This document shows, piece after piece, positions 39,841 through 50,099 of a stretch of DNA of 64,000 bases (positions within the stretch are counted from its first letter, which is position 1; every line of letters begins with the position of its first letter). Under the pieces are notes generated by a model. That model searched no databases and was not told the DNA's origin. It saw only the letters and a list, made by a program, of their open reading frames with translations. The stretch spans positions 80,627 through 144,626 of the forward strand of contig JAQTYF010000001.1 of the NCBI GenBank assembly GCA_028688415.1, written 5' to 3'. The position numbers and the translations under genes were made by a program. Source of the DNA: Candidatus Moraniibacteriota bacterium. GTDB lineage: Bacteria > Patescibacteriota > Minisyncoccia > Moranbacterales > UBA1568.

Positions 39841-39881
39841 AAAAGAAGTGATCGGAGCAGTTGCTGCCAATCACTTTTTTT
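39841..39881. terminator. Bidirectional terminator between rmlB and the orphan gene
   Basis: AAGTGAT..ATCACTT stem flanked by A- and T-runs. Confidence 0.6.
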
Positions 39882-39893
39882 ATGTACGATCAG

Positions 39894-40166
39894 TCAGTCA
39901 ATGAGCTGACAAATATCGTATGGAAAGCGAGAAACAATAGGATGAAGACGTCTCCATTGTTCTGCTATTTCATTTTTATCGAGGTATACCAAGACCTCAG
40001 TAACGGTTATGGTAGGGACTGCAAAACCATTTGGATTATTTCTGTCCCTCCAGTCACCACCGTCTGGATTTTCAGAAGGCAACGGAAAAATGATACCAAT
40101 CCATTGCCTATAGAACAACTCCCCCGGAACATTTCTTGGAGGTATGTCAATAATTTTTATTTTCAC
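39894..40166 (-). CDS. Hypothetical protein (orphan, 90 aa)
   Basis: GTG start with AAGGAG RBS; upstream TTTACA-16 nt-TAAAAT; converges on a terminator. Confidence 0.6.
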   Translation of the reverse strand: MKIKIIDIPPRNVPGELFYRQWIGIIFPLPSENPDGGDWRDRNNPNGFAVPTITVTEVLVYLDKNEIAEQWRRLHPIVSRFPYDICQLID

Positions 40167-40326
40167 TATTTCTCCTTTCGATGTGGTGTTGTAGATATGC
40201 ATCCGTTTATGCAATGTGTGCATTTTAACACTGCCTTATTTTTTGTAAAGTACTGGTGCTCTATTTCCTCAAAAAGCTCTTTTTTGTTAAAATATAAAAA
40301 GAAGGTATTTTTAGATATATATAAAT

Positions 40327-41196
40327 ATGATGACTACAAAGGTTCTGATCCTTGGGGCAAAGGGGATGCTCGGACAAGAATTGGTTGATGTTTTCTCTCA
40401 GGATGAAAAGTATACGGTGACGAGTTGGGATTTCGAAGATATTGATGTGACTGATTTTGTCTCAGCAGAAGAGAAGATTCGTTCTTTCGCGTCAGATATT
40501 ATTGTTAATGCAGTTGCATACAACGCTGTTGATAAATGTGAAGAGAGTGATGAAGAATATGAGAAAGCAATGATGCTCAATGCTCTCGTGCCGAAATTTC
40601 TCGCGCATCTTGCTCAGACATTGGACAATATTTTTGTACATTATTCTACTGACTATGTATTTGATGGAACGAATCAATCGGGTTATGCTGAGAATGCTCT
40701 TCCTCAGCCTCTTTCACGGTATGGTATGAGTAAAAGAATGGGAGAAGAAAATGTACTTGCCGTAGATGGGAAAAATTATATCATCCGACTTTCCAAGCTT
40801 TTCGGGAAACCGGCAATTAGTACTATCGCCAAAAAGAGCTTTTTTGATGTGATGTTACAAATTGCCAAGACAAAAGAACGAGTACAGGCAGTTGATGATG
40901 AGAAGAGTTGTTTCACTTATGCTCCAGATCTTGCTCAGGAAACGAAGGCTCTTCTGGAAGATAGGGCTCCCTGGGGGATTTATCATTTACCCAATAGTGA
41001 TGATGTAACGTGGTATGAGGCCGTACAAGAGCTCTATACACAAGCCAAAATTGGGGTTACAATACAACCTGTAGGCAGTGATGCCTTTCCTCGTCCTGCC
41101 AGGCGCCCACAATATTCGAAACTTCTCAATACCAAGCGCGTACCGCTTCGATCATACAAAGAAGCGTTGCAAGCATATCTCGCACATATGGAATAA
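40327..41196 (+). CDS. rmlD: dTDP-4-dehydrorhamnose reductase
   Basis: GAKGMLG, STDYVFDG, YGMSK and PARRP. Confidence 0.9.
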   Translation: MMTTKVLILGAKGMLGQELVDVFSQDEKYTVTSWDFEDIDVTDFVSAEEKIRSFASDIIVNAVAYNAVDKCEESDEEYEKAMMLNALVPKFLAHLAQTLDNIFVHYSTDYVFDGTNQSGYAENALPQPLSRYGMSKRMGEENVLAVDGKNYIIRLSKLFGKPAISTIAKKSFFDVMLQIAKTKERVQAVDDEKSCFTYAPDLAQETKALLEDRAPWGIYHLPNSDDVTWYEAVQELYTQAKIGVTIQPVGSDAFPRPARRPQYSKLLNTKRVPLRSYKEALQAYLAHME

Positions 41197-41252
41197 AATT
41201 TTCAATACGGAGTTTGATACAATACAATACACTGAAAATTTACTGTAATACT

Positions 41253-42497
41253 ATGATGAAATATACGACTATCAAAAAACAAGATGCAAAAGTGTACGAC
41301 GCGCTGATGGGTGAGACGAAGAGGCAAGAAGAAGGTTTTGAAATGATTGCTTCAGAGAACTACGTCTCCCTCTCTGTATTAGAAGCTATTGGTACAGTTT
41401 TCACAAACAAATATTCCGAAGGCTATCCAGGCCGTCGTTATTATGGTGGTCAGGAGTTTACTGATATTGTCGAAACACTCGCCATCGAACGTGCAAAAAA
41501 ATTGTTCGGAGCAGAGCATGCGAATGTCCAGCCTCACGCTGGTGCTCCAGCCAATCTCGCGGCATATTCCGCCATCCTCAAGCCAGGAGATGTTGTCCTT
41601 GGTATGGACCTCTCTCACGGAGGGCATCTCACTCATGGTCATCCTCTCACTTTGCCTGCACAGATCTATCGATTTGTGGGATACAAAACAGAAGCAGACG
41701 GCACTATCGATTATCGTAAACTCGAAGCTCTCGCCAAGCAGGAGAAACCAAAACTTATTTTGGCAGGATTTTCCTCATACACACGACAACTCGATTATGA
41801 AAAAATTACGGCTATTGCCAAGAAAGTTGGCGCTTATTCAATGATGGATATGGCTCACATTGCAGGTTTGGTAGCGGGCAAGGTAGTTCCGAGTCCTGTA
41901 CCGTATTTTGATATCGTGACGACAACGACACACAAGACACTTCGTGGTCCTCGAGGAGGGATGATTCTTTGTAAAGCAGAATTGGCAAAACAGATAGATA
42001 GGGCAGTGTTCCCAGGACTTCAGGGTGGACCACTTATGAATACTATTATGGCCAAAGCGGTAGCTTTTGAAGAAGCGCTCCAGCCAGCTTTCAAAAAATA
42101 TGCGAAGCAAATACTGAAGAATGCAAAGACGCTCGAAAAAGAAATGCGGAAATATGATGCAGTCCTTCTTTTCGGTGGAACTGAGAATCATATGATTATG
42201 CTTGATACGGTGAAAAGTTATGGGATTTCAGGGAAGGAAGCAGAGAAATTTCTCGATATTGTGGGTATTACTGTGAACAAAAATGTGATTCCTGATGATC
42301 CTCGCGGACCGATGGACCCGAGTGGTATCCGTGTCGGCGTGCCTGCTGTGACCACTCGCGGATTGAAAGAGAAAGAAATAAAAATGATTGCGAAGTGTAT
42401 TCATTTTACACTTTCTTCTGGTGGAGATACTGAGGTGCTTTCTAGTATACGTACGACCGTGAAAAAACTCTGTCGTCAGTTTCCTGTGTATCGCTAG
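41253..42497 (+). CDS. glyA: Serine hydroxymethyltransferase
   Basis: IASEN, NKYSEGYPG.RYYGG and TTTTHKTLRGPRGG. Confidence 0.97.
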   Translation: MMKYTTIKKQDAKVYDALMGETKRQEEGFEMIASENYVSLSVLEAIGTVFTNKYSEGYPGRRYYGGQEFTDIVETLAIERAKKLFGAEHANVQPHAGAPANLAAYSAILKPGDVVLGMDLSHGGHLTHGHPLTLPAQIYRFVGYKTEADGTIDYRKLEALAKQEKPKLILAGFSSYTRQLDYEKITAIAKKVGAYSMMDMAHIAGLVAGKVVPSPVPYFDIVTTTTHKTLRGPRGGMILCKAELAKQIDRAVFPGLQGGPLMNTIMAKAVAFEEALQPAFKKYAKQILKNAKTLEKEMRKYDAVLLFGGTENHMIMLDTVKSYGISGKEAEKFLDIVGITVNKNVIPDDPRGPMDPSGIRVGVPAVTTRGLKEKEIKMIAKCIHFTLSSGGDTEVLSSIRTTVKKLCRQFPVYR

Positions 42498-42522
42498 GCA
42501 TGTAATTGTTAATGAAGATTCT

Positions 42523-43317
42523 ATGAAAGGTATTATTCTTGCAGGAGGGACAGGCACGAGACTTCTTCCTTTGACTGCTGTCACTTCCAAACAGCTCTTG
42601 CCAGTCTATGATAGACCGATGATTTTCTATCCACTCAACACACTTATCAGTGCTGGTATCAAAGATATTCTCATCATCGTTGCACCAGATCATTCGGGGC
42701 ATTTCCTTAATCTGCTCGGTTCAATGTTTCATAAGTTTGGTATCAATATTTCTTTTATTGTACAGAAACAGCCTCGTGGTTTAGCAGAAGCATTTATTCT
42801 TGCTGAGGATTTCATCGATGGAGAATCGACGACGCTTATTCTTGGTGATAACATTTTTGAAGATGATTTTACGGAAGCGATTCAATCATTTACTGCTGGT
42901 GGACGTATTTTTGCAAAACACGTTTCAGATCCAGAGAGATTTGGTGTTGTAGAATTTGATGAGAAGAATGAAGTAATTTCTATCGAAGAAAAACCGAAAA
43001 TGCCCAAGAGTTCTTTTGCTATACCAGGGATTTATATTTTTGACAAGGAAGTAGTAGAAGTAGCAAAATCTATCGTACCGTCAGAACGTGGAGAACTCGA
43101 AATTACTGATGTGCACAAATATTATTTGAAGAAAAAAAAGCTTGATGTGAGAGTGATAGAAGGAGCATATTTCGATACTGGTACACACGAGTCACTTTTC
43201 GAAGCAAGTAATTATGTGAGAGAGCACGATTTTCGGAGTCGTTTCCATCCGATGGTCAATGATGCAATTACTGAGTTTAATACAGAGTTTAAGAAAACTG
43301 TTTCCCTTAAAAAATAA
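42523..43317 (+). CDS. rmlA: Glucose-1-phosphate thymidylyltransferase
   Basis: GIILAGGTGTRL.PLT...SKQLLP and RGELEITD. Confidence 0.9.
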   Translation: MKGIILAGGTGTRLLPLTAVTSKQLLPVYDRPMIFYPLNTLISAGIKDILIIVAPDHSGHFLNLLGSMFHKFGINISFIVQKQPRGLAEAFILAEDFIDGESTTLILGDNIFEDDFTEAIQSFTAGGRIFAKHVSDPERFGVVEFDEKNEVISIEEKPKMPKSSFAIPGIYIFDKEVVEVAKSIVPSERGELEITDVHKYYLKKKKLDVRVIEGAYFDTGTHESLFEASNYVREHDFRSRFHPMVNDAITEFNTEFKKTVSLKK

Positions 43318-43331
43318 TTTTCTACACATAT

Positions 43332-44219
43332 ATGGATAATGCAACGCCGAGAAAAATCAAAAAAGCCATTCTTCCTGTTGCTGGTTTTGGAACACGTTTT
43401 TTGCCTGCGACCAAGGCTCAACCAAAAGAAATGCTCCCAGTTGTTGATAAACCTGTCGTACAATATTTGGTTGAAGAGGCAGTTGCATCAGGAATCGAAG
43501 AAATTATTTTTGTGACTGGTCGTGGCAAAAGAGCTATTGAAGATCATTTTGATATTTCATATGAACTCGAAGATACCCTCGTGGAGAAAAATAAACACGA
43601 TTTACTCGAAGTAGTACAAAAAATATCGACACTTGCAAAGTTCTCTTATGTGAGACAGCCTATTCCGCTCGGTGATGGACATGCTCTTCTCCAGGCCGCC
43701 CATCTGATCGATGATGATGAATCGGTACTCGTGATATTTGGTGATTGTATCTACGATAGCAATGTTCCTGCTGCCAAACAGCTCATCGATGCGTATGCGC
43801 AATATCAGACACCAATTATAGGACTTTCAGAAGTGGCACTCGAGGATGTATCAAAGTTCGGTGTTGTCGCAGGGGAAAAAGTGAGTGACAATGATTGGAA
43901 AGTGACACGTATCGTCGAAAAACCAAATCCAGAAGATGCTCCGAGTCGACTCGTGGCTGTGGGAAAATATATTATTACTCACGATGTTTTTCAAACACTC
44001 GCCAGTATGGAATCAGGAAAATCAGGTGAGATTCGTCTCGCCGATGCCTTTGATGTCATGCTGGAAAAAGGTCTGCCAATACATGGACGAACACTCGAAG
44101 GAGAATGGCTCGATACAGGAGACAAATTCAACTTCCTCAAAACAACGATTCATTTCGGATTAAAACATCCTGAAATAGGAGAAAAATTCCGTGCATATCT
44201 GAAAGGTCTTTCACTGTAA
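43332..44219 (+). CDS. galU: UTP--glucose-1-phosphate uridylyltransferase
   Basis: PVAGFGTRFLPATKAQPKEMLP. Confidence 0.93.
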   Translation: MDNATPRKIKKAILPVAGFGTRFLPATKAQPKEMLPVVDKPVVQYLVEEAVASGIEEIIFVTGRGKRAIEDHFDISYELEDTLVEKNKHDLLEVVQKISTLAKFSYVRQPIPLGDGHALLQAAHLIDDDESVLVIFGDCIYDSNVPAAKQLIDAYAQYQTPIIGLSEVALEDVSKFGVVAGEKVSDNDWKVTRIVEKPNPEDAPSRLVAVGKYIITHDVFQTLASMESGKSGEIRLADAFDVMLEKGLPIHGRTLEGEWLDTGDKFNFLKTTIHFGLKHPEIGEKFRAYLKGLSL

Positions 44220-44269
44220 AGAGATTACCGACATTTTTGACGCATTAAATACTTGAATACTGGTAAGTT

Positions 44270-44983
44270 ATGTATTGGATATATCTCGCAATCTTTATTT
44301 TTATTGTTTTCGTTCCAAAAATTATCCAAACAGGCTACTTTTTCTTTCAAGAGGAAGACATTGAGTCGCTTATTCTTTTCTTTTTTGGTATTTTTATTTT
44401 CATTCTTTATTTTTCCAAAGAAAGGACTTTGCTCCATGTTTTTCAAGAAAAACTCCATCTGCAGAAAAAAACCAACATCGTTACCAAGGATCTTTCTGAT
44501 TCGTATTCTTATATAGGGGGACTTAACAGAAAGTTTGATATCGTAAAAGATTTCATCTTTCATATTCCGGAAGATACTGCGGATGTACTCCTCTCAAAAA
44601 AACAAGAAACGTATCGATCAGTGTTGAACACTGTAAAAATCCTCGCAAAGTCAAAGTCGATATCGCTTCGTTTTGTAAATGTGAAGAAGAAAACAATTGA
44701 AACAGTGGTGGAGGTTGGAAAAAATGACGAATTCCATCTTTTCACGGCACAGGTACTTTTGAAGTCCAAAAAGAAATCTCTAGAAAAAAATGGTTACGCT
44801 ATTGTGCAATCACCTTCTCTCGCGCACAGTATGACTGCCTTCCTTATTTTTCCGAAGCTCACCAATCAGATAGAGGATGTAGAAATGTTCAAGATTCTTG
44901 CATCACAAGCACTTCTTTTATTCTGTATAAACAAATATATTCTTCCGAATAACGACACCCTCCCTCCCACCAAGAAAAAATAA
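44270..44983 (+). CDS. Hypothetical membrane protein
   Basis: Two N-terminal TM helices then a soluble domain; operonic. Confidence 0.7.
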   Translation: MYWIYLAIFIFIVFVPKIIQTGYFFFQEEDIESLILFFFGIFIFILYFSKERTLLHVFQEKLHLQKKTNIVTKDLSDSYSYIGGLNRKFDIVKDFIFHIPEDTADVLLSKKQETYRSVLNTVKILAKSKSISLRFVNVKKKTIETVVEVGKNDEFHLFTAQVLLKSKKKSLEKNGYAIVQSPSLAHSMTAFLIFPKLTNQIEDVEMFKILASQALLLFCINKYILPNNDTLPPTKKK

Positions 44984-45006
44984 TTATCAAAAGAGCGTAC
45001 TGAAAT

Positions 45007-46170
45007 ATGAAAATAGGTATAGATGCCAGGTTCTATGGCTCCATTGGGAAAGGACTCGGTCGTTATACGGAAAAACTTATCGAGTATCTTGAGCGAGTGG
45101 ATTCAGAAAACGATTACGTCGTTTTTTTGTTGCCAGAAAATTTTGATGAGTACATTCCGAAAAATGTACGTTTTCAGAAAGTTCTCTCACGGTATCCATG
45201 GTATGGTTTCTCAGAACAGTTTTTCTTTCCTTTTCAGCTTCTTTCGTATCATTTTGATCTCATGCACTTCCCTCATTTCAATGTCCCTATTCTGTATTGG
45301 AAGAAATTTGTCGTGACCATCCATGATTTGATACTTCTTCATTATCCGACAGCAGAGAATACTACCCGTTCACGATTTTTCTACGCAATGAAATTTATCG
45401 CATATCGTTTTGTGATTGCGTGTGCCGTATATCGATCCCATCATATTATCACTGTCTCTGCTTTTACGAAGGAGGATATCATTGCTACCTATCCCTCAAC
45501 ACAGAAGAAAATATCAGTGACGTATGAAGCAACGGATGAATGGTGTCAATTTCTTCTAAGAGAACAAGAATTAAAGTTATTTCGAACATTTGATTTACTG
45601 AAGTCTGATGTATCGGAAGAGCCTCTATCCAAACAGGTGAAATCGTATGTGCTCTATGTCGGCAATGCGTATCCGCATAAAAATCTGGATATATTCCTTG
45701 AACTTTCACCACGATTTCCAGAACAACTCTTTGTGCTCGTTGGAAAAGAAGATTTCTTCTATAAACGTCTTAAAAAAAGAGTGCAGGATAGACGTATTCA
45801 AAACATTCTTTTTCTTGGTTTCGTCGATGATTGGCAACTGAATACACTCTATCGTTTCGCTTCTTGTTATTTTTTCCCATCACTGTATGAGGGTTTCGGA
45901 CTCCCTCCTCTTGAAGCAATGGCACGAGGAATACCAGTACTTTCTTCTTCTCGAGGATCTCTCCCTGAGATTTTAGGCAATGCCGCACTTTATTTTGACC
46001 CCGATAGAGTAGATGATGGAGAGAAGAAACTTACAGAAATCCTTATTTCTGATACACTACGTATGAAGTGTATACGTCTGGGATATGCACATATCAGGCA
46101 ATACAGTTTTGATCGCATGGCAAGAGAAACGCGAGACGTGTATGAACGGAGTATAAAAAACAAACAGTAA
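45007..46170 (+). CDS. Glycosyltransferase family 4
   Basis: IGIDAR, VTIHDL and [15 protein letters not shown]. Confidence 0.92.
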   Translation: MKIGIDARFYGSIGKGLGRYTEKLIEYLERVDSENDYVVFLLPENFDEYIPKNVRFQKVLSRYPWYGFSEQFFFPFQLLSYHFDLMHFPHFNVPILYWKKFVVTIHDLILLHYPTAENTTRSRFFYAMKFIAYRFVIACAVYRSHHIITVSAFTKEDIIATYPSTQKKISVTYEATDEWCQFLLREQELKLFRTFDLLKSDVSEEPLSKQVKSYVLYVGNAYPHKNLDIFLELSPRFPEQLFVLVGKEDFFYKRLKKRVQDRRIQNILFLGFVDDWQLNTLYRFASCYFFPSLYEGFGLPPLEAMARGIPVLSSSRGSLPEILGNAALYFDPDRVDDGEKKLTEILISDTLRMKCIRLGYAHIRQYSFDRMARETRDVYERSIKNKQ

Positions 46171-46179
46171 AAAAGTGTT

Positions 46180-48360
46180 ATGGCGTTTCTTCCTCATCGA
46201 CAGTCATCACGTTTTTCTGATATCCGATCGGTCACGCCATCATCGGAGTTTATGTCGACCAAGAAATACCCGTTGTATACAAAACCACTTTCAAAACAAT
46301 TCTCAAAGGAGAATATTTTGTATACTCCGATATCTTCTGCATCAATAATTGCTCGAAAGGAAAAACAAGAAGAACAAGGAAAGATATTAAGAAAGAAACG
46401 AAAAATTTTTCTTCAAATCGCTATCGTGATGGTGATTATTTTTTCGATATATGGTATTGTTCACAAAATTTCTGATACTGAACAAAAAGTATTAGCAGAT
46501 GGTGAAACAGGTTTTCGATCCCTTTTATTTGCTGTTGAAAATATCAAATCTGGAGAGTTTGATAAAGCACATCAATCGTTTGAGAATGCATATCAGGCAT
46601 TTTCGAGAGGAGAAAAACGTCTTTTGTGGTTTGGTGGTTCGATGCTTCGGTTGACGAGATTCGTCCCAGGACTGTCTCAGGTGGCAAGTGGTTCGTATGT
46701 GCTCGAATCAGGAAAGCATTTTTCTCTGGCTGGTATTTCGTCAGTCGCTATTATTGAAGAACTGTTTCTTTCCAAAGAGGCCTCGGCCCAAGGAGAGAAA
46801 GTATCTTGGCTTGATTTTTTCTCTCGTGTCGAGAAACCCTTGGAGGACATATTGGCAGAGCTTACTTTGGGTAACCAGTCTATCGAAAAAGTCCATCTCG
46901 ATGATATCCCAGAAGAAAAGCGCGAACAATTTCTTTTGGCACGAAAGAGTCTACCGACCACTATCGGATTGATAAAAAGTGTTCATCAAAACAAAGCGAT
47001 TATTCAGGAATTGCTCGGAGGCAATGGTCCTCGCAAGTATCTTTTTTTGTTGCAGAATAATCAAGAATTACGAGCCACAGGAGGATTTATCGGAACGTAT
47101 GCACTCATGGATATACAGACTGGTTCCGTCAAACAATTTTTTGTGGATGGTATTTTCAATCCCGATGGACAGTTGAAAGAAAATATTGTCCCACCAAAAC
47201 CCATACAAAAGATCAGTGCTGCGTGGAGTCTCCATGATAGCAATTGGTTTCCTGATTTCCCGACATCAGCAGAAAAGGCAATCTTTTTTTATGAAAAAAC
47301 AGGTGGTCCAACAGTAGATGGAGTGATTACTCTGACACCGACAGTGATGCAAAAATTATTGGTTGTGACAGGCCCGATCACTCTGCCTCAATACGGAATT
47401 ACTGTTGATGCAGAGAACTTCATCCCTATTATTCAGGAACAAGTAGAAACAAAATATGATAAGGAAGAAAATCAACCAAAAAAAGTATTAGCAGACCTGA
47501 CGGCATTATTAGTCGAGACCGTACTTGCTTCTCAAGACAAAGAGACGCTGTATGGCATGATGAGCGCTCTTACTGAGGGTTTGAATGAGAAGCAGATACT
47601 TATCTATATGCGCCATGCGGAAACAGAAGCGTTGATAGATGAGGCTGGTTGGTCTGGTCGCATACTTTCAACTGAGAAAGATTATCTAAGTGTCGTGCAT
47701 TCGAATATCAATGGATACAAGACAGACGGTGTGATAGACGAAACGATTCACCACAGCGCCGAGATACAGGAGAATGGTTCTATCATAGATACTGTTACGA
47801 TCACGCGTATTCATAAGGGAGGGGATACCCCGTATGATTGGTGGAACAAAGTAAATGCTGATTATATGCGAGTGTATGTACCAGAAGGATCGACACTGTT
47901 GTCTGCCAAGGGTTCCACATGGGAATTTGGAGAGGATCCACTTGATTACAAAGCACTTGGTTTCCGTGTCGACGTTGATGTGGAACGTGAGGAAAAATCG
48001 ATTACTGTCGATGAGAAAACGGGGACGAGAATATATTCCGAGGCAGGAAAAACAGTTTTTGGAGGATGGGTATATGTGAGTCCTCAAGAATCAGTAGTCG
48101 TGGAATATCGGTATCTGTTGCCTTTCACTCTCGATATGTCGAATATTCAAAACGGAGGAGTGGATTCATACACGACACTTTTTCAGAAACAATCAGGATC
48201 GATCGGAAGTAAACTTCTTCTTTCTGTGCATTTTCCGAATACGATAGAGCCTGTTTGGCAGACGGGCGGGAATTTGATACCGTATAATAGACAATGGAAA
48301 TGGGAAACCAATCTCAAGACTGATGTATTCTCTGGTATGGTTTTCAATGCTAAAAAATAA
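46180..48360 (+). CDS. DUF4012 domain protein
   Basis: YLFLLQNNQELRATGGFIG, SNWFPDFP and Y.RVYVP.GS. Confidence 0.8.
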   Translation: MAFLPHRQSSRFSDIRSVTPSSEFMSTKKYPLYTKPLSKQFSKENILYTPISSASIIARKEKQEEQGKILRKKRKIFLQIAIVMVIIFSIYGIVHKISDTEQKVLADGETGFRSLLFAVENIKSGEFDKAHQSFENAYQAFSRGEKRLLWFGGSMLRLTRFVPGLSQVASGSYVLESGKHFSLAGISSVAIIEELFLSKEASAQGEKVSWLDFFSRVEKPLEDILAELTLGNQSIEKVHLDDIPEEKREQFLLARKSLPTTIGLIKSVHQNKAIIQELLGGNGPRKYLFLLQNNQELRATGGFIGTYALMDIQTGSVKQFFVDGIFNPDGQLKENIVPPKPIQKISAAWSLHDSNWFPDFPTSAEKAIFFYEKTGGPTVDGVITLTPTVMQKLLVVTGPITLPQYGITVDAENFIPIIQEQVETKYDKEENQPKKVLADLTALLVETVLASQDKETLYGMMSALTEGLNEKQILIYMRHAETEALIDEAGWSGRILSTEKDYLSVVHSNINGYKTDGVIDETIHHSAEIQENGSIIDTVTITRIHKGGDTPYDWWNKVNADYMRVYVPEGSTLLSAKGSTWEFGEDPLDYKALGFRVDVDVEREEKSITVDEKTGTRIYSEAGKTVFGGWVYVSPQESVVVEYRYLLPFTLDMSNIQNGGVDSYTTLFQKQSGSIGSKLLLSVHFPNTIEPVWQTGGNLIPYNRQWKWETNLKTDVFSGMVFNAKK

Positions 48361-48374
48361 CTTTCTCAATATTC

Positions 48375-50030
48375 ATGGTTAGGAAATGGTACAACAATTT
48401 CTCTTCTTGGACCCTCACTCCAAGTAAGACGGTAGGAAGCGCTGCACTGCTTATTGCGCTGGCTGGTATCGTTAGCCGTATTCTCGGATTTTTCCGTGAT
48501 CGTATTTTGGCATCGCAATTTGGTGCTGGAGATGTATTGGATGCATATTATGCCGCTTTTCGTATTCCCGATTTGCTTTATAGCCTCCTTGTTCTCGGTG
48601 CTCTGAGTGCGGCATTCATCCCTGTGTTTACTGAGTTAGTTGCAGAAAAGAAACAAGAAGAAGCCTGGAGATTGACCTCAGGTGTTTTGCAATTGCTTTT
48701 TCTCGTACTTGGCAGTCTTTCGTTGTTAGGTATTATATTCGCTCCAATGCTGATACCACTCATCACCCCAGGATTTTCTCGTGAGAAGACGGATATTGTG
48801 ATCCTTTTGACTCGAGTCATGCTCCTTTCACCTATTTTCCTTTCAGTGAGCGCTGTGTTTGGGAGCGTGCTTGTTTCTTTCAAACAATTTGTAGCATATT
48901 CTCTTGCTCCGATTTTTTATAATGTTGGTATTATTATCGGAGCAGTTCTTTTTGTTCCTTTTTTTGGTCCTGTTGGATTGGCATGGGGAGTCGTGATGGG
49001 TTCGATGCTTCATATGACAATACAGTATCCGTCATTGAAAAAATCAGGATTTCGTTTTGTTCTGCAACCTTTTATTTTTTGGCGAGATCCGACCGTACGA
49101 AAAGTTGTTCGGCTGATGATTCCTCGGTCACTTGGTTTGGCAGTGAGTCAGATGAGCCTTTTTACAATGACGATATTTGCTTCGACCCTTGCTTCGGGAA
49201 GTCTCGCCGTATTCACGCTTGCAAATAATATCCAGAGTGTCCCTCTCGGACTTTTTGGTATAGCATTTTCTGTCGCTGTTTTCCCATCACTTGCCTTTTT
49301 CTCTGCCAAGAAAAAAGAAAAAGATTTTTTCGTGATATTGTCACAGACATCAACACGTATTCTTTTTTTCGTAGTACCTATCTCCATGTTTATGGTTTTG
49401 TTCCGGGCTCAATTCGTACGCGTGATTCTTGGTGCAGGACAATTCGATTGGGAGGATACGATACTTACATTCGAAACATTGGAAATACTTGCCCTGAGTC
49501 TCTTCGCACAGAGTCTGATCCCTCTTTTTGCACGAGCCTTCTTTGCTCTCCAGGATACCAAAACACCGTTCTATATTGCCCTCGTGAGCGCAGGAGTACA
49601 GATAGCTCTCATACCATTTTTTCTTCCAGCATATTCTGTTCTTGCTCTTGCTCTCGCTTTTTCTTTGAGTAACGTGCTCAATGTGATTCTTTTGTATCTC
49701 TTCTTGCGCTCCAAACTCACTTTCTGGAATGATCGAGAATTCTTTCTTCCTATTATAAAAATTATTTTTGCAACACTTGGGGCTGGCATTATTGCTCAGA
49801 TTTCGAAATCTGTTTTCGCTCTAACGATAGATGAACTTGATACATTTGCAAAAGTGTTTTTCCAGCTGTGTTCAGGAATTGCTATCGGAGGCGTATCTTT
49901 CCTCGTTTTCTGTCACTGGCTCGGAGTAGAGGAGCTTGGTATGGTGAAACGATTTATTTTGTGCAAGATCTTGCGTCAACCGGAAACAGCGACGGTAGCA
50001 GAAGATCACCCAGAACGAGGTGATTGGTAA
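48375..50030 (+). CDS. murJ: Lipid II flippase MurJ
   Basis: SRILGFFRD, AFRIPD, FIPVF and many TM helices. Confidence 0.92.
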   Translation: MVRKWYNNFSSWTLTPSKTVGSAALLIALAGIVSRILGFFRDRILASQFGAGDVLDAYYAAFRIPDLLYSLLVLGALSAAFIPVFTELVAEKKQEEAWRLTSGVLQLLFLVLGSLSLLGIIFAPMLIPLITPGFSREKTDIVILLTRVMLLSPIFLSVSAVFGSVLVSFKQFVAYSLAPIFYNVGIIIGAVLFVPFFGPVGLAWGVVMGSMLHMTIQYPSLKKSGFRFVLQPFIFWRDPTVRKVVRLMIPRSLGLAVSQMSLFTMTIFASTLASGSLAVFTLANNIQSVPLGLFGIAFSVAVFPSLAFFSAKKKEKDFFVILSQTSTRILFFVVPISMFMVLFRAQFVRVILGAGQFDWEDTILTFETLEILALSLFAQSLIPLFARAFFALQDTKTPFYIALVSAGVQIALIPFFLPAYSVLALALAFSLSNVLNVILLYLFLRSKLTFWNDREFFLPIIKIIFATLGAGIIAQISKSVFALTIDELDTFAKVFFQLCSGIAIGGVSFLVFCHWLGVEELGMVKRFILCKILRQPETATVAEDHPERGDW

Positions 50031-50099
50031 AGTATCTTTTGTAGAAACAAAGAGAGCATGCGCCTTGCTTTTAGGGCGTTTTTGCTTTATTCTGAGGAA

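Noticed and set aside
39861..40388. 175-aa + strand ORF
   Set aside because: Starts within a terminator and has an odd composition; the antisense ORF has the RBS and promoter.
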